A stretch of DNA of 64,000 nt from Bacteroides sp. Its GTDB lineage: Bacteria > Bacteroidota > Bacteroidia > Bacteroidales > Bacteroidaceae. Positions 38,266 through 48,828 of the stretch are shown here, piece by piece. A model generated the notes under the pieces. That model ran no database searches. It had not been told where the DNA came from and worked only from the letters and a program-made list of their open reading frames with translations. The DNA lies in contig JAVBVD010000008.1 of the NCBI GenBank assembly GCA_031554635.1, forward strand, positions 23,221 to 87,220, in the 5' to 3' direction. Both the position numbers and the translations under genes were made by a program. Position 1 is the stretch's first letter; every line of letters starts with the position of its first letter.

Positions 38266-40485
38266 TTACGGTTGAACCAGCTTCACATAAGTGGGACTAT
38301 TGCGGTTCGCCTTGATCCAGTTGTTTTCATCCAGTTTCAACTCCACCACCTGAATCGATGTACGGCGTTGTTCGTAGGTGTCTTTCTTCTTATCTTCCCC
38401 TACCCGTCCCGGATGCGTGAAATAGTACAGATACGCCCGGTCGTTACTGATCAGGATCTCGCCATGTAGTCCGTTCGGAACATCCTCGTTGCCGGTTCCC
38501 GCACCGTCGGGCATCAGACTTTCGCCGGGTTGATGCTCCCACGAATCGCCATCAGTGGAACGGTAGACGGTCAGCCCCTGCCAGTCGTCCAATATGAACC
38601 AGAAGTAGTTTTTCCATTGGAAGAGAATCGGACCTTCACCTCTGGTTTTCAAGGCAGTTTTAGGATTCGACCATTGATACAGGTCCTTGCTTTCTATCAT
38701 CTTGAAATCGCCTCCCACAGGATCGCGGTAATACAAACGCCACATGCCGTCGGGCATTTTGATCACATCGGCATCGTAGCTACGGGGATTCAAGTGACCG
38801 ATACGGCCCTCGTATTTCCAATCGCGCAGGTTGCGGCTCGTCAGGTGGGCGATGAAACCTTGCACCACCCCCCAGCGTTCGGCAATGCCCGGCTGTATGC
38901 TGAGATACATGTGCCACTGCGCGTCGTCGCCCAGCACGATGTCTGGCGCCCAAAGTGTGGCGCTATCTCCTCCGCATTCGAGTGGAAGATCGGGGACGTT
39001 GGCCGTACCTACGTATTTCCAATTGGCACCGTCGCCCGATTCGGCAATGCCGAGTGGGGTTTTAAATACCCAGCTTACGCCCGGCAACTCCGTCATTGTA
39101 GCGCGACGGTTGGTATAGAACATCCACCACTTTTCTACCTGCGGATTCCAGATCACAATAGGATCGGCAGCACCGTCGTACACCGGATCACGGAATAAGG
39201 GCTTGGGAGCCAATACCCCACCCCCCTCGACAACCGGCATGGAGGTTTTATTCACCAATTGCAGGTTTACGCACGGAGCTTGGCCGTAAGGAGACATCGC
39301 TTCACCGTGTTCCGGATGGGTGTAGCCAACTAGAATAGGCAACTGTTTCTCTCTGTTTTTTCCTTTGTAAGGACGGAGCACCACTTTGTTGTTCTTCCCC
39401 TGGATGGTAGCCAAGGCATGCACCATCCGGTCCGATTCACTGGGCACTACCCACAGATCGACTTCCGCATTGCTCCCTTCCAGGAAGAGAAGCGGACCGT
39501 AATTGGCATCACCTTTGCAGTTCTTGACCACGGCTCCATTTCCCACCCAGTACGCCCGCTCGGTGCCGATGGTGGTACAATTTTCCAGTCGCACACCACC
39601 ATTGGTACGTAGCTCGAACCCTCCCCGGGTATTTTTTGCCGTACAATTGATAAAGGTGATCTTCTTGTTTTGTCCGTACGTGCGGTACCCATCTTCGCAG
39701 AGTGACTTCATATATCCTGGAGTCACCACGTACTTTTCTTCCCGGTTGGCCGTCCACGTACGGAACTGCACGTCGTAAGCCGGACCGGACGTTTCTTTCA
39801 GAATATCGTCGGTAGAACGAACTTCGCCCTCCACATAACAGTTCTCGAAACGAATATCCCCGGCATCTTTCTGAATATAGAACCCATGCCCGAAGGAACG
39901 CATGTACAACCGGCAATTCATGATCTTCGTATGGCTTCCGGTAATGAGGAAACCGCTGTGCTTCTGATGCCGTATCACATCCGGTCCGCCTTTGCCGAAC
40001 AAATCGCCATATCCGTACGGAAACGATCCCTGTACCCAGATGGTAAAGTCGGACACCGTATTGCCATCGCCCTCCACGCAGAAAGCAGCCCCACCGGGCG
40101 ACGTGCCATCGCCTACATGGATAATCTCCAATCCCTTTAATACATTCGATGCTCCCGCCACGGTTAACTCATTGGTATGAATCGGATGGCGAAGACGTTT
40201 GCGCAGTTGTGTGTCAATCTCCAGTTTCACTCCTCGAAGATCGAACGTATTGTGGTTTCCTGTGAAAACAAGGTAAGGATATTGCTTTCGCTCCAAGCGC
40301 CGGGCGATGGAATCCTCGTTCAGGAAATCGGACATTTTGTATAGCCCTGGAGTTAGTTTTACCGAGTTGCCGCTTTGTGTGGCATAGTAAGCCAGTTCTT
40401 TCAGGCTCGAAATGTGAATCACCTTACCGTGGGCGAATGAGAACGCCCCCAGGAGACAGGTGAGGATGAGTAGATTCTTTTTCAT
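38266..40485 (-). CDS. Bimodular protein: right-handed beta-helix domain plus GH43-like five-bladed propeller
   Basis: N-half beta-helix repeats (FENCYVEG, FINCTA, LENCTT, VKNCKG); C-half DGAADP, LWAPD, SYDAD, GEGP. Confidence 0.7.
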   Translation of the reverse strand: MKKNLLILTCLLGAFSFAHGKVIHISSLKELAYYATQSGNSVKLTPGLYKMSDFLNEDSIARRLERKQYPYLVFTGNHNTFDLRGVKLEIDTQLRKRLRHPIHTNELTVAGASNVLKGLEIIHVGDGTSPGGAAFCVEGDGNTVSDFTIWVQGSFPYGYGDLFGKGGPDVIRHQKHSGFLITGSHTKIMNCRLYMRSFGHGFYIQKDAGDIRFENCYVEGEVRSTDDILKETSGPAYDVQFRTWTANREEKYVVTPGYMKSLCEDGYRTYGQNKKITFINCTAKNTRGGFELRTNGGVRLENCTTIGTERAYWVGNGAVVKNCKGDANYGPLLFLEGSNAEVDLWVVPSESDRMVHALATIQGKNNKVVLRPYKGKNREKQLPILVGYTHPEHGEAMSPYGQAPCVNLQLVNKTSMPVVEGGGVLAPKPLFRDPVYDGAADPIVIWNPQVEKWWMFYTNRRATMTELPGVSWVFKTPLGIAESGDGANWKYVGTANVPDLPLECGGDSATLWAPDIVLGDDAQWHMYLSIQPGIAERWGVVQGFIAHLTSRNLRDWKYEGRIGHLNPRSYDADVIKMPDGMWRLYYRDPVGGDFKMIESKDLYQWSNPKTALKTRGEGPILFQWKNYFWFILDDWQGLTVYRSTDGDSWEHQPGESLMPDGAGTGNEDVPNGLHGEILISNDRAYLYYFTHPGRVGEDKKKDTYEQRRTSIQVVELKLDENNWIKANRNSPTYVKLVQP

Positions 40486-40515
40486 ACGTAATATCTTTCT
40501 GAGTATGTGAATTGC

Positions 40516-42723
40516 TTATCTTTTCAGCGTAATGATGGTATATGAATACTTTGGAAATGTATAGGTAGCCTTCTTCTTTGCAAAGGTAGTCCGTGACGAC
40601 TTAAATACTACATTATCCATATTTGCATAGGTATTCAACTCCGTAAGGTCACAACCGCCCATCGTTTGAACTTCTGCTTTAGCGTTAAACCGGAAGTTCT
40701 CAATGTTCAATGCAGCTTCCTGGGGCCGGTCGCTCAAATTGGCCACATAAAGAGTCATCTCATTTTTCTGATCATTGATTTTGGCAGTGATATCAAGCGC
40801 CGCGTCACTACTTGTGGTTGCGACAACACGGGGCTTCCAGGTCTTTATCATCATTTCATCGATATGAGCGGACGGCTGAAACCACAAGGTATCGGCTGTG
40901 TAATGAATACGTCCCTGGTTCCAGTCATAGTGATAGCCATGTGGCTGGAAAGTATTGGCAGTACCTATCATTTGAAAACAATCGCCATACCGTTGCAAGG
41001 TATTCCAATTATGTGCATGCGCCAATCCACGATCCCAGTCACAACGGCCTCCGTTTTCTTCCATGGGGTGCAGATTCAATTTGAACCCGGGAAAATCAAC
41101 AGTGAGTTCGCTTTGAAGAGTGATGCCCATTTCGTTTTCAAACCAAGCTTTTGAATCCGCGAAATGAATTAATCCGTCATAGTGCGTATCCCAAGCCAGT
41201 TTGTCGCCCTTTCCTTTGGAGATAAACCAGGATACCATATCTTTGGTCAGCTCATACTGCGGTGTATCTCTTTTATATCCGTTGCGACCCAGATTCAGCG
41301 AAGTCATGATCGTCATTTCCGGGTCGACCTCCCACGCTGCTTCTGCGAACTTCTTCATACATTCTACATAGCCACGGGTTATCTGCCGTTCGTTATCTAC
41401 TTGAATGTATTTCAAATTATACGGTTCCGGATGTCCCTGTTCTGCCCGCAACGCACCCCATTTGGTAGTCGCAGGAGCGTTTACGTATTCCACGAAGTCG
41501 CGAATGTCTTCGTATGATTCATCTATGCTCATACCGATGATGGCGGTTGCGTCGATTACTTCTGCCGCCTGCAACATCTCGATGAATCCGAAGCTGTGTG
41601 TGGCGTATAAATTAAATCCGCTGCGGAAAGTTACTCTGCGCTCATCTACCGGACCGAGCATTTTCTTCCAACGATATAAATGAGTATCCGCACCAACATC
41701 CACCATGGATCCATTGTAACGGAAAACGGTAATTCCCTGCTTTTTCAATGCGTCGACAAATGTTTTGCGAAGCGGATAACCCTTTACCCGCCCCCATTCG
41801 CCCGGCTGGAGAAAAGCAAATCCCAATTGAATCTTTCCCGGACTCTTTAGCGAGATGCCGAAACTACCGTTGATGGTATTTGCGTTAGGGGTTAATTCAA
41901 ATGTTACCCTTTCGTACGGACGGTCTCCTTTCAATGAATAAGATTTTTCGGCAATGGCGTTTCCGTTCTCATCGCGAAGCGAAAGATAGATGGTTGTGGG
42001 TGTGTCCGATTGAATCCGCAGAATGCCATCGTATGGTTTGTCTTTGTCAAAGCGAATCCCCATCTTGTACAAACCATGATTGGTAAGTCCCACTTCTCCT
42101 TCTCCTCCCTCGAACCGAATAGTCTGTGTTTGTCGGCCTACATAAGCTTTACCATCACGCAACAGTTCGTAGTTGTATTGCGGATTTCCCGAAGTCATTT
42201 TGTCCCAGAACTTCGAAATCTGTTCCTTTCCGTTGATACGTTCGAGCATCGTCTTCTGTATGTTTGCGGGTAGCGAATCGAACGTAAGGAAACGCCCCGG
42301 AAATTCCCAATTCGAGATAATACGCCGGTGCCTGAGCGGATTGGTATTGTACACATCTTTGGAGTTAACGTCGTATTTTTCGGTCGGGCTGTTCCATGAT
42401 ATACGGTTGTATATATCCGTTTGAGCAATTAAATGCGGGATATTTCTTTCATCCAATACCACATATATCTTGGAATAATCTTCTTTAGGCAGATTCAGAA
42501 AATCGGTGTCGATGCTTTCTTCAAAGACTTCTCCATGAAGCAACTGACTGAATAATCCGCCATTGGTCTGATTATTGAGATCTTCTATATTCGTGCCATT
42601 GAACCATTTGGTAACTGTTGCGATTTGCTCACCGGCATCCACGTTCAATTGTACCGGCTTATTCTGAGCATTCGCCTGGCTGCATACTATCAGCAGGCAT
42701 ATATATAAAATATTCTTTTTCAT
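40516..42723 (-). CDS. Divergent GH51-like glycoside hydrolase (paralog 1)
   Basis: GTNIEDLN...GGLFSQLL, YRWK, GHPEPYNLKYIQVDNE, C-terminal FPKYSYT. Confidence 0.75.
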   Translation of the reverse strand: MKKNILYICLLIVCSQANAQNKPVQLNVDAGEQIATVTKWFNGTNIEDLNNQTNGGLFSQLLHGEVFEESIDTDFLNLPKEDYSKIYVVLDERNIPHLIAQTDIYNRISWNSPTEKYDVNSKDVYNTNPLRHRRIISNWEFPGRFLTFDSLPANIQKTMLERINGKEQISKFWDKMTSGNPQYNYELLRDGKAYVGRQTQTIRFEGGEGEVGLTNHGLYKMGIRFDKDKPYDGILRIQSDTPTTIYLSLRDENGNAIAEKSYSLKGDRPYERVTFELTPNANTINGSFGISLKSPGKIQLGFAFLQPGEWGRVKGYPLRKTFVDALKKQGITVFRYNGSMVDVGADTHLYRWKKMLGPVDERRVTFRSGFNLYATHSFGFIEMLQAAEVIDATAIIGMSIDESYEDIRDFVEYVNAPATTKWGALRAEQGHPEPYNLKYIQVDNERQITRGYVECMKKFAEAAWEVDPEMTIMTSLNLGRNGYKRDTPQYELTKDMVSWFISKGKGDKLAWDTHYDGLIHFADSKAWFENEMGITLQSELTVDFPGFKLNLHPMEENGGRCDWDRGLAHAHNWNTLQRYGDCFQMIGTANTFQPHGYHYDWNQGRIHYTADTLWFQPSAHIDEMMIKTWKPRVVATTSSDAALDITAKINDQKNEMTLYVANLSDRPQEAALNIENFRFNAKAEVQTMGGCDLTELNTYANMDNVVFKSSRTTFAKKKATYTFPKYSYTIITLKR

Positions 42724-42736
42724 GGGTGTTCGTAGA

Positions 42737-44686
42737 TTACTTGCTTACTATCACGCCCCCTTCAGGCTGAATAATCAGTGTTACTTCACTGTTCTTATTT
42801 ACATTGATTTCACCTGATTGAGGAGTACGGTCTTTTTTATTGTCCGAATATAAGGAAACTTTCTCTCCGGCAAACATCGGAAGTTTCACTTTTATTTTCT
42901 TTTCTTCTTTTTCCGCATTAATACCTGCTACGTACCATTTATCGTTCTTTCGGCGAGCCAACACCACGTATTTACCCGGATATCCGTCAATAAAGATAGT
43001 TTCATCCCAAGTAGTCGGAATATCTTTCATAAAATCAATGACAAAAGAAGGATATTCGGTCAGGTTATTCGGTGCTATCGCGAAATTCTGAACAGGAGTC
43101 TGAAACAACACTGCTGTCGCTAACTGGAAGATCTCCGTTGTTTTACGTGCTGTCCCTTTATTGTTGTTACGACTGTGGCGTTTGTTCAGCAACACCGGAC
43201 CAAAATCCATGGAACCGACAGCATTTCGGATGAAAGGATGCAAACAAGCGTTGTAAGCCTCCGTGTCATTGGCATGTTGTGAGAAAATCAGGTTTTCGGA
43301 AGCCAGTACCGCTTCGCTTCCTACAAAATTGGGGTACATACGTTCCCATCCGCGAGGAAGTGTACATCCATGGAAGATAATCATTAAACCATATTCGTTG
43401 GCGTCAGACAGAATATCTTCGTACAATTTCATCGTTTCTTGTTTGTCTCCGCCGAAGAAATCAATTTTTAATCCTTTTACGCCCATATCTTTCAGCCATT
43501 TCATTTCTTTTTTGCGTGCTATGGAAGTATTCATCCGTTGCTTTGGTCCTTGGGGCGCATCGTTCCAATATCCGTTGGAATTGTACCATAAAAAGACATC
43601 GACACCTTTGGATTGTGCATATTTAATAAGTGAAGGCATACGTTCATAACCCACTTGTTTATCCCACAACGCATCGATCAGAATGTATTCATACCCCATT
43701 TTCGATGCAAGGTCTATGTATGTTACCTGATCTTCATAATTCATGCTATTGTCCTGCCACATAATCCAGCTCCAGGTAGCGCGACCCGGTTTATAATCCA
43801 TTGCAGATGTATAAAGTGGCTCCACCACATCGAACGGAATGGTAGTTTCCACAATAGGTTTCAGATTGTCTCCGACCGTGATTGTACGCCAAGGGGTTTC
43901 TCCCGGTAAAGAAATGGCCGGGTTAACCAGTCCCACTCCGTTATTTTCTCCCGGTTCGGGAAATGCGATCGTATATAAACCGTCTTTGCTTCCCTCGCTT
44001 AACTTCGAACCGCAATACAAACCGCCTACTCCTGTTTCGGAAACCAATATCCAACCATTGTTCCCCACATGGAATAACCCGGGAAAAGTATATCCTACAC
44101 CATATTTCGAAGGAGTGCCAATTGGTTCGTCGGCAACATATTCTTCTTCATAGCTCGGTTTGGTCTTTTCCCAACCACTCATGGGAACAGCCTGCGGAGT
44201 AAGAAATGTGGTAGTAAACGATGGGAATTTGAATCCGCTCAGTTCTTTTTCAATAATACATCGGGCTGTACTTCCTGTTTGAGGCAATATGTATTTAAAT
44301 GCGATATTATTATCGGAAACTTGTAACATCACGCTTACTTTCTGTTTTTTAGGATTTTCGTAGGTGCATATTACTTCATTGGTCTTATAGTGTACCAACG
44401 ATCTTTTTATCCGGTTTTCGGTATATGTCTTACTGATTTGATTTTCTTTTTTATCCACCAGTACCAATTCTTTGCTGAAATCGCTTACACTCGTTATAAG
44501 TCCCAATGGAGAATCTTCCAATAGAGTCTTACTTTTATAGTTTACCTGATAAGTGATTGATCCTTTTTTCAAGAATAAGTTAACCCGTAGGTTTCCATCC
44601 GGACTGCTGATAGTTGCGTTCTCTTCCGCCAAAGCGGGGAAGAATGACGAAAAGAGTACTATGATACAAATAAGGTATTTTCTCAT
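42737..44686 (-). CDS. GH97, retaining type (alpha-galactosidase/beta-L-arabinopyranosidase-like)
   Basis: GLKIDFF with nucleophile Asp, FHGC, ERMYPN, EAVLASE, MDFGP. Confidence 0.88.
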   Translation of the reverse strand: MRKYLICIIVLFSSFFPALAEENATISSPDGNLRVNLFLKKGSITYQVNYKSKTLLEDSPLGLITSVSDFSKELVLVDKKENQISKTYTENRIKRSLVHYKTNEVICTYENPKKQKVSVMLQVSDNNIAFKYILPQTGSTARCIIEKELSGFKFPSFTTTFLTPQAVPMSGWEKTKPSYEEEYVADEPIGTPSKYGVGYTFPGLFHVGNNGWILVSETGVGGLYCGSKLSEGSKDGLYTIAFPEPGENNGVGLVNPAISLPGETPWRTITVGDNLKPIVETTIPFDVVEPLYTSAMDYKPGRATWSWIMWQDNSMNYEDQVTYIDLASKMGYEYILIDALWDKQVGYERMPSLIKYAQSKGVDVFLWYNSNGYWNDAPQGPKQRMNTSIARKKEMKWLKDMGVKGLKIDFFGGDKQETMKLYEDILSDANEYGLMIIFHGCTLPRGWERMYPNFVGSEAVLASENLIFSQHANDTEAYNACLHPFIRNAVGSMDFGPVLLNKRHSRNNNKGTARKTTEIFQLATAVLFQTPVQNFAIAPNNLTEYPSFVIDFMKDIPTTWDETIFIDGYPGKYVVLARRKNDKWYVAGINAEKEEKKIKVKLPMFAGEKVSLYSDNKKDRTPQSGEINVNKNSEVTLIIQPEGGVIVSK

Positions 44687-44758
44687 GATTCAAAAGTGTT
44701 TTATCTAAAAACTGTATACACAGGGCCATAAAATCACCCCTATTTTGGATGAAACTAT

Positions 44759-46189
44759 TTATTTGGAAAAAGTAACATTCTCCACGAACTCCCCGAAGAA
44801 GAAGCGGCACATATCCCCCGTCTTGTACCATCCCGGCTTTCCGGACATGTCGTCGGCTATCACCTGACCGTTTATTTGGAGGTTCTCGAAGCGGATGTTC
44901 TTCACCATCCGGTCTTCGCTGTACCCGGAGATGATGGAAAGTTCGGCGTTGGTTCCGTTGTAGCTCACATCCTTGAACAGGATATCTTCGATGCCCTGTC
45001 CCGGCGCTGTACAGTACTTCTTGTTATAGAAGATGCGAAGGTTGACCAACTGCCCTTGACGGAAGTCCTCTACCCGGATATTTTCGAAGCGTACCTTGCG
45101 CACGAGGTTGTTGTCGCCCGCATTGATGGCCATGCATCCCTGGTAATCAACTTGCTTCTCTTTGTGGTCCAATACATCGATATTGATATAATTCAAGTTC
45201 TCCAGTACCTCCGGGTTCTTCGTATCGCCGTGAATACCGATGAAGATGGGATGCGCCACATCTGCCCACAAAGTGGAGTTCTGCATGGTGATGTTGCTGC
45301 ATCCGCCTTCAAATCCCAGACGCGTGCCATACACCGTGGTACAATCGTCCGAACTGCGGATGAACACGCCATCGTGCAGTACATTATTACTGGCAAATAC
45401 GTTCATGCCATCACCCCATTGGTAGTAGCTGATGCTCTTTACGTTGCGAATGGTTACATCTTTCGATCCTCCTGTGGCGCATTGGGTGGTAAACAGCCCT
45501 TCTACCAGCACATTACTCGAATTGGCAATGCGGATACCTCCTTTCACACTATGATCAATCATGCCCCGACCGAGTATCTTTACATTTTGCGCCTTGTCAA
45601 CAATGAGACGACCCATCAGCAGGGCACCGCCTGCTACATACACCGTCTTTCCGGAAGGAACCATCAAAGCGCCGCCTTCAATGGGGTGTATGCCGGGACC
45701 GAAGTAGATTACATTTTTATCTTTCGGGCTGGGTCTGTAGGTTTCAATGGGGTTGGCAAACAAGTGCAGGTTGTGGAAGATATCGCCATTGACTTCCACA
45801 GAGAGGTTACGGGGGTTGTCCAGCGTAAAGGTGAGGGTGTTACCCTGTATCTGTGGGGCGATTCCGTAAGAGAGCGGTCGTACGCAAACCGTATTTATCG
45901 GTCCATTGTTATAGGTGACAGATACTTCCACTTTGCCTGCAAAGTCAAAGTAACTCATGGAAGCGTTTTGAGTACGGTGCGTATGGCCATCTACCGCATC
46001 TACCTTGACGAGGTACGAAGGGGATGTTTGCCATTCTTTGCCGGCTTGCCTTACGGTCACGGTGAAATCGCCGTTCAGTGCCGCTCCTTGGGGAGCCGGA
46101 TAGACTACCAATTTGTCCTGTGAATATACGGCGGTCGTTGCCAGCAACATCAGGAAGCAGATCAACGCCTGTTGGAAGTTTCTTTTCAT
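44759..46189 (-). CDS. GH28/GH49-like beta-helix glycoside hydrolase
   Basis: YFGPGIH, WGDG, SSDDC motifs, beta-helix repeats, N-terminal beta-sandwich. Confidence 0.7.
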   Translation of the reverse strand: MKRNFQQALICFLMLLATTAVYSQDKLVVYPAPQGAALNGDFTVTVRQAGKEWQTSPSYLVKVDAVDGHTHRTQNASMSYFDFAGKVEVSVTYNNGPINTVCVRPLSYGIAPQIQGNTLTFTLDNPRNLSVEVNGDIFHNLHLFANPIETYRPSPKDKNVIYFGPGIHPIEGGALMVPSGKTVYVAGGALLMGRLIVDKAQNVKILGRGMIDHSVKGGIRIANSSNVLVEGLFTTQCATGGSKDVTIRNVKSISYYQWGDGMNVFASNNVLHDGVFIRSSDDCTTVYGTRLGFEGGCSNITMQNSTLWADVAHPIFIGIHGDTKNPEVLENLNYINIDVLDHKEKQVDYQGCMAINAGDNNLVRKVRFENIRVEDFRQGQLVNLRIFYNKKYCTAPGQGIEDILFKDVSYNGTNAELSIISGYSEDRMVKNIRFENLQINGQVIADDMSGKPGWYKTGDMCRFFFGEFVENVTFSK

Positions 46190-46217
46190 TTTTAGTATTT
46201 TATATCTGTAACTATTA

Positions 46218-46249
46218 CGTAATACGAATTAAACTGAAGGAACACGTAA
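46218..46249 (-). promoter_or_regulatory. Candidate ECF-sigma promoter
   Basis: TTACGTGTT-N13-TCGTATTACG, 28 nt upstream of the ATG at 46189. Confidence 0.65.
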
Positions 46250-46336
46250 AAGAACGCCCGAAAATCTTTAATAGTTATCCAGGTGCTTCTCCCTGCTTGC
46301 TGCTTGCGTGTGGCTAAAGAAAATTTCGGATTTTTT

Positions 46337-48790
46337 TTATTTGAACTCCATACTCAGTCCCCAGTGTGCGGCAAGCTGTTCGGCTTCCTGCTTGGTGAGG
46401 TGAACCACCGCCCCGTGCTTGGGCAGGAAGTTGGTAGCCTTCATTACTCCTTCGTTGAAGCGTCCCAGGTTCTTGAAATTCACAAAGTCCGAGGTCTCGC
46501 TGAAGCCGAAGTTATGCGGATCGATGCCGTAAATATCATACGTCAGCACCCACTTTTCCTCGCCGATGCGTTTCCATACATGGGGAGCCTCGCATGACTT
46601 CGGTTCCGGATCATACCAACGCGGATCGTATATGTACCCTCCGTTGACCCTATCCGATATGGCCTGTTTTACGCCGGGCGTCTCCTCGTGCGATACATAG
46701 AACAAGTGGTACTTATCCCCTACTTTCGTGATATCACCGTCGATGGCCGTCACCGACTTGTCGGGGTATTCGAACAGTAGCTGCGGCATGGATTCCAGCT
46801 TGTCGAAATCTTCGTTCACATAGACATAGTATAACTTATTGGGTTCGTTGCGGAATCGCATCGTGTAGTATATCATCAGTTTGCCCGCTGCTTCGTCATA
46901 AATGGTTTCCGGCGCCCAGGCGCAACCTATTTCATTGTAAGCAGCCGAGAGGGTATCGAAGTTTATATTCGTCCGTTTCCAGTTAATCAGGTCCCACGAT
47001 TTCATCAGTACCAGTCCTTTGTTGTTTCCCCAACCGTATAGCGCCCTGTCGCGCTCCCATTCGGTTTCCCGAAGTCCGGCTTTTTGGGCGAAGACATGAA
47101 GGTCGGTCATTGCCACATAGAACGCACCGTCGGGACCACGGTAGATGTGCGGGTCGCGGATGCCTTTCTGTTGGGCAATGGTATCGCCTGCCATTACCGG
47201 ATTGCAATCGTTCAGGGCGGTGAAGCTGTACCCGTCTGCACTCAGTGCCATGTAGAATCCGTGTGTGTCGTCCTTGTGAAACACCATCAAGTAGGCGCTC
47301 ATATCCTTTTCGGTGGGTGCTGCGTTGCGGTAGCGGAAGTCCCTGAACAGACCCTTTCCTTTTCCGGCAGCTACCAGGGCGGGACGCAAGGCGTAGAATC
47401 CTTTGAAATTGTTATGATGCATCTGTGATACGTCGACGCGCTGGGCTAACACCTTCCACTCAGTTCCGTTCTTGCTGACCGAAAAAGTGCATGTATTCCC
47501 TTGATTCTGTATTTTCACGAAGAAGCGTTTGCCCCAGGTATTGGGCATCTTCTCGCTCTTTTCCGCACTGGAATAGATTGTAAAGTTCTTACCATCGGAC
47601 GTAACTCCGGCGTATGCTTGTTCGTTGTAATACAGCAGGAGTCCTGCCTGACTTCCACCGTCGGCCTGTACTTCTACCTGAACTTCGTAGTTCTTATCTG
47701 TGGCTGTGGTGAGTATTTTACGGGCATCAGCAGGTGTCTTTCCCTTGGCCTCAATGGTGAGCGTACGGTCTTTCAGGCTGACAGACTGCGGAGCATACTC
47801 CTTCCAGAAGGTCCATTGCAGACCCAGTTCTGTTCCCTGGAAATCGTCCGAGAGTTCCATGCCGTGAGCGATTGCCTTTGTGGAAACTATCGGAGCACCT
47901 TGTTTCGCAGCACAATACCATCCGTCCGAAGTCCACTCCACCGGTTCGATCAATGTCTGACGACCCAGTGTATGATAACCGTTGGCGTATGCATGATACA
48001 CTATCCACCAGTTGCCATTCACATCGTCGATAAGCGTTCCGTGCCCTTTGGACCACCAATTGTCCGATTCGCTGAATGTATGTACGATGGGGTTGTACGG
48101 GGAGTTTTCCCACGGACCTTCTACCGACTGCGAGCGGGCTGTCACCACCATATGGCTGGTGGCCGGTCCGGCCGTGCCGCCTTGAGCTGATGTCAGGTAG
48201 TAATAACCGTCTTTGTAAGTCAGCTTGGGCGATTCGAGGTACATGCCTTCTGTCTTCCATTTTTTCGGGTACCGCCATCCGTCGTACACCTTTCGGCGTT
48301 CGCCAATGGTGCTCAGTCCGTCATCGGCCAGGCGAATCATATAGCCATCGTCTACGTACAGATAGCGTTTACCGTCTTGTCCCACTACATGACCGGGATC
48401 GATGCCACCGACTTTCAGATCGATCGGACGGCTCCACGGACCTTTGATATCGTCGGCCCACGCTACCCAATTGGTTTCGTCGGCCGGATAATACAGGTAG
48501 AAACGATTATTGTATTTTACCAAATCGGGTGCCATAGCCGATCCTTTGTATTTCGGGAGGATGCGACATACCGGTTGCCAGTTCATCAAATCCTGCGAGT
48601 GCCACACGAGGAAGCCCGGTTGGTAGTAGAACGGGGAATGCGTCATGTAATAATCCTTACCGTCGCGTACGATGGTAGGATCGGGATAATCGCCCGGGAA
48701 TATAACTTTCGGATATTCCTGTGCCCTTACTGCTCCATTCAAGCAGAGGAGCATGCACACGAAAAGGAAGTAGAAGTGTTTTCTTGCCAT
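46337..48790 (-). CDS. Tandem GH43 protein (GH43 + C-terminal beta-sandwich + second GH43-like propeller)
   Basis: DYPDPT, MAPD, IDP, ESPK in module 1; IRDP, WAPE, IDGD, CEAP in module 2; start refined to 48790. Confidence 0.88.
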   Translation of the reverse strand: MARKHFYFLFVCMLLCLNGAVRAQEYPKVIFPGDYPDPTIVRDGKDYYMTHSPFYYQPGFLVWHSQDLMNWQPVCRILPKYKGSAMAPDLVKYNNRFYLYYPADETNWVAWADDIKGPWSRPIDLKVGGIDPGHVVGQDGKRYLYVDDGYMIRLADDGLSTIGERRKVYDGWRYPKKWKTEGMYLESPKLTYKDGYYYLTSAQGGTAGPATSHMVVTARSQSVEGPWENSPYNPIVHTFSESDNWWSKGHGTLIDDVNGNWWIVYHAYANGYHTLGRQTLIEPVEWTSDGWYCAAKQGAPIVSTKAIAHGMELSDDFQGTELGLQWTFWKEYAPQSVSLKDRTLTIEAKGKTPADARKILTTATDKNYEVQVEVQADGGSQAGLLLYYNEQAYAGVTSDGKNFTIYSSAEKSEKMPNTWGKRFFVKIQNQGNTCTFSVSKNGTEWKVLAQRVDVSQMHHNNFKGFYALRPALVAAGKGKGLFRDFRYRNAAPTEKDMSAYLMVFHKDDTHGFYMALSADGYSFTALNDCNPVMAGDTIAQQKGIRDPHIYRGPDGAFYVAMTDLHVFAQKAGLRETEWERDRALYGWGNNKGLVLMKSWDLINWKRTNINFDTLSAAYNEIGCAWAPETIYDEAAGKLMIYYTMRFRNEPNKLYYVYVNEDFDKLESMPQLLFEYPDKSVTAIDGDITKVGDKYHLFYVSHEETPGVKQAISDRVNGGYIYDPRWYDPEPKSCEAPHVWKRIGEEKWVLTYDIYGIDPHNFGFSETSDFVNFKNLGRFNEGVMKATNFLPKHGAVVHLTKQEAEQLAAHWGLSMEFK

Positions 48791-48828
48791 AATTATTTCA
48801 TTTTTATTTTTTTGAATCGATTTATACC

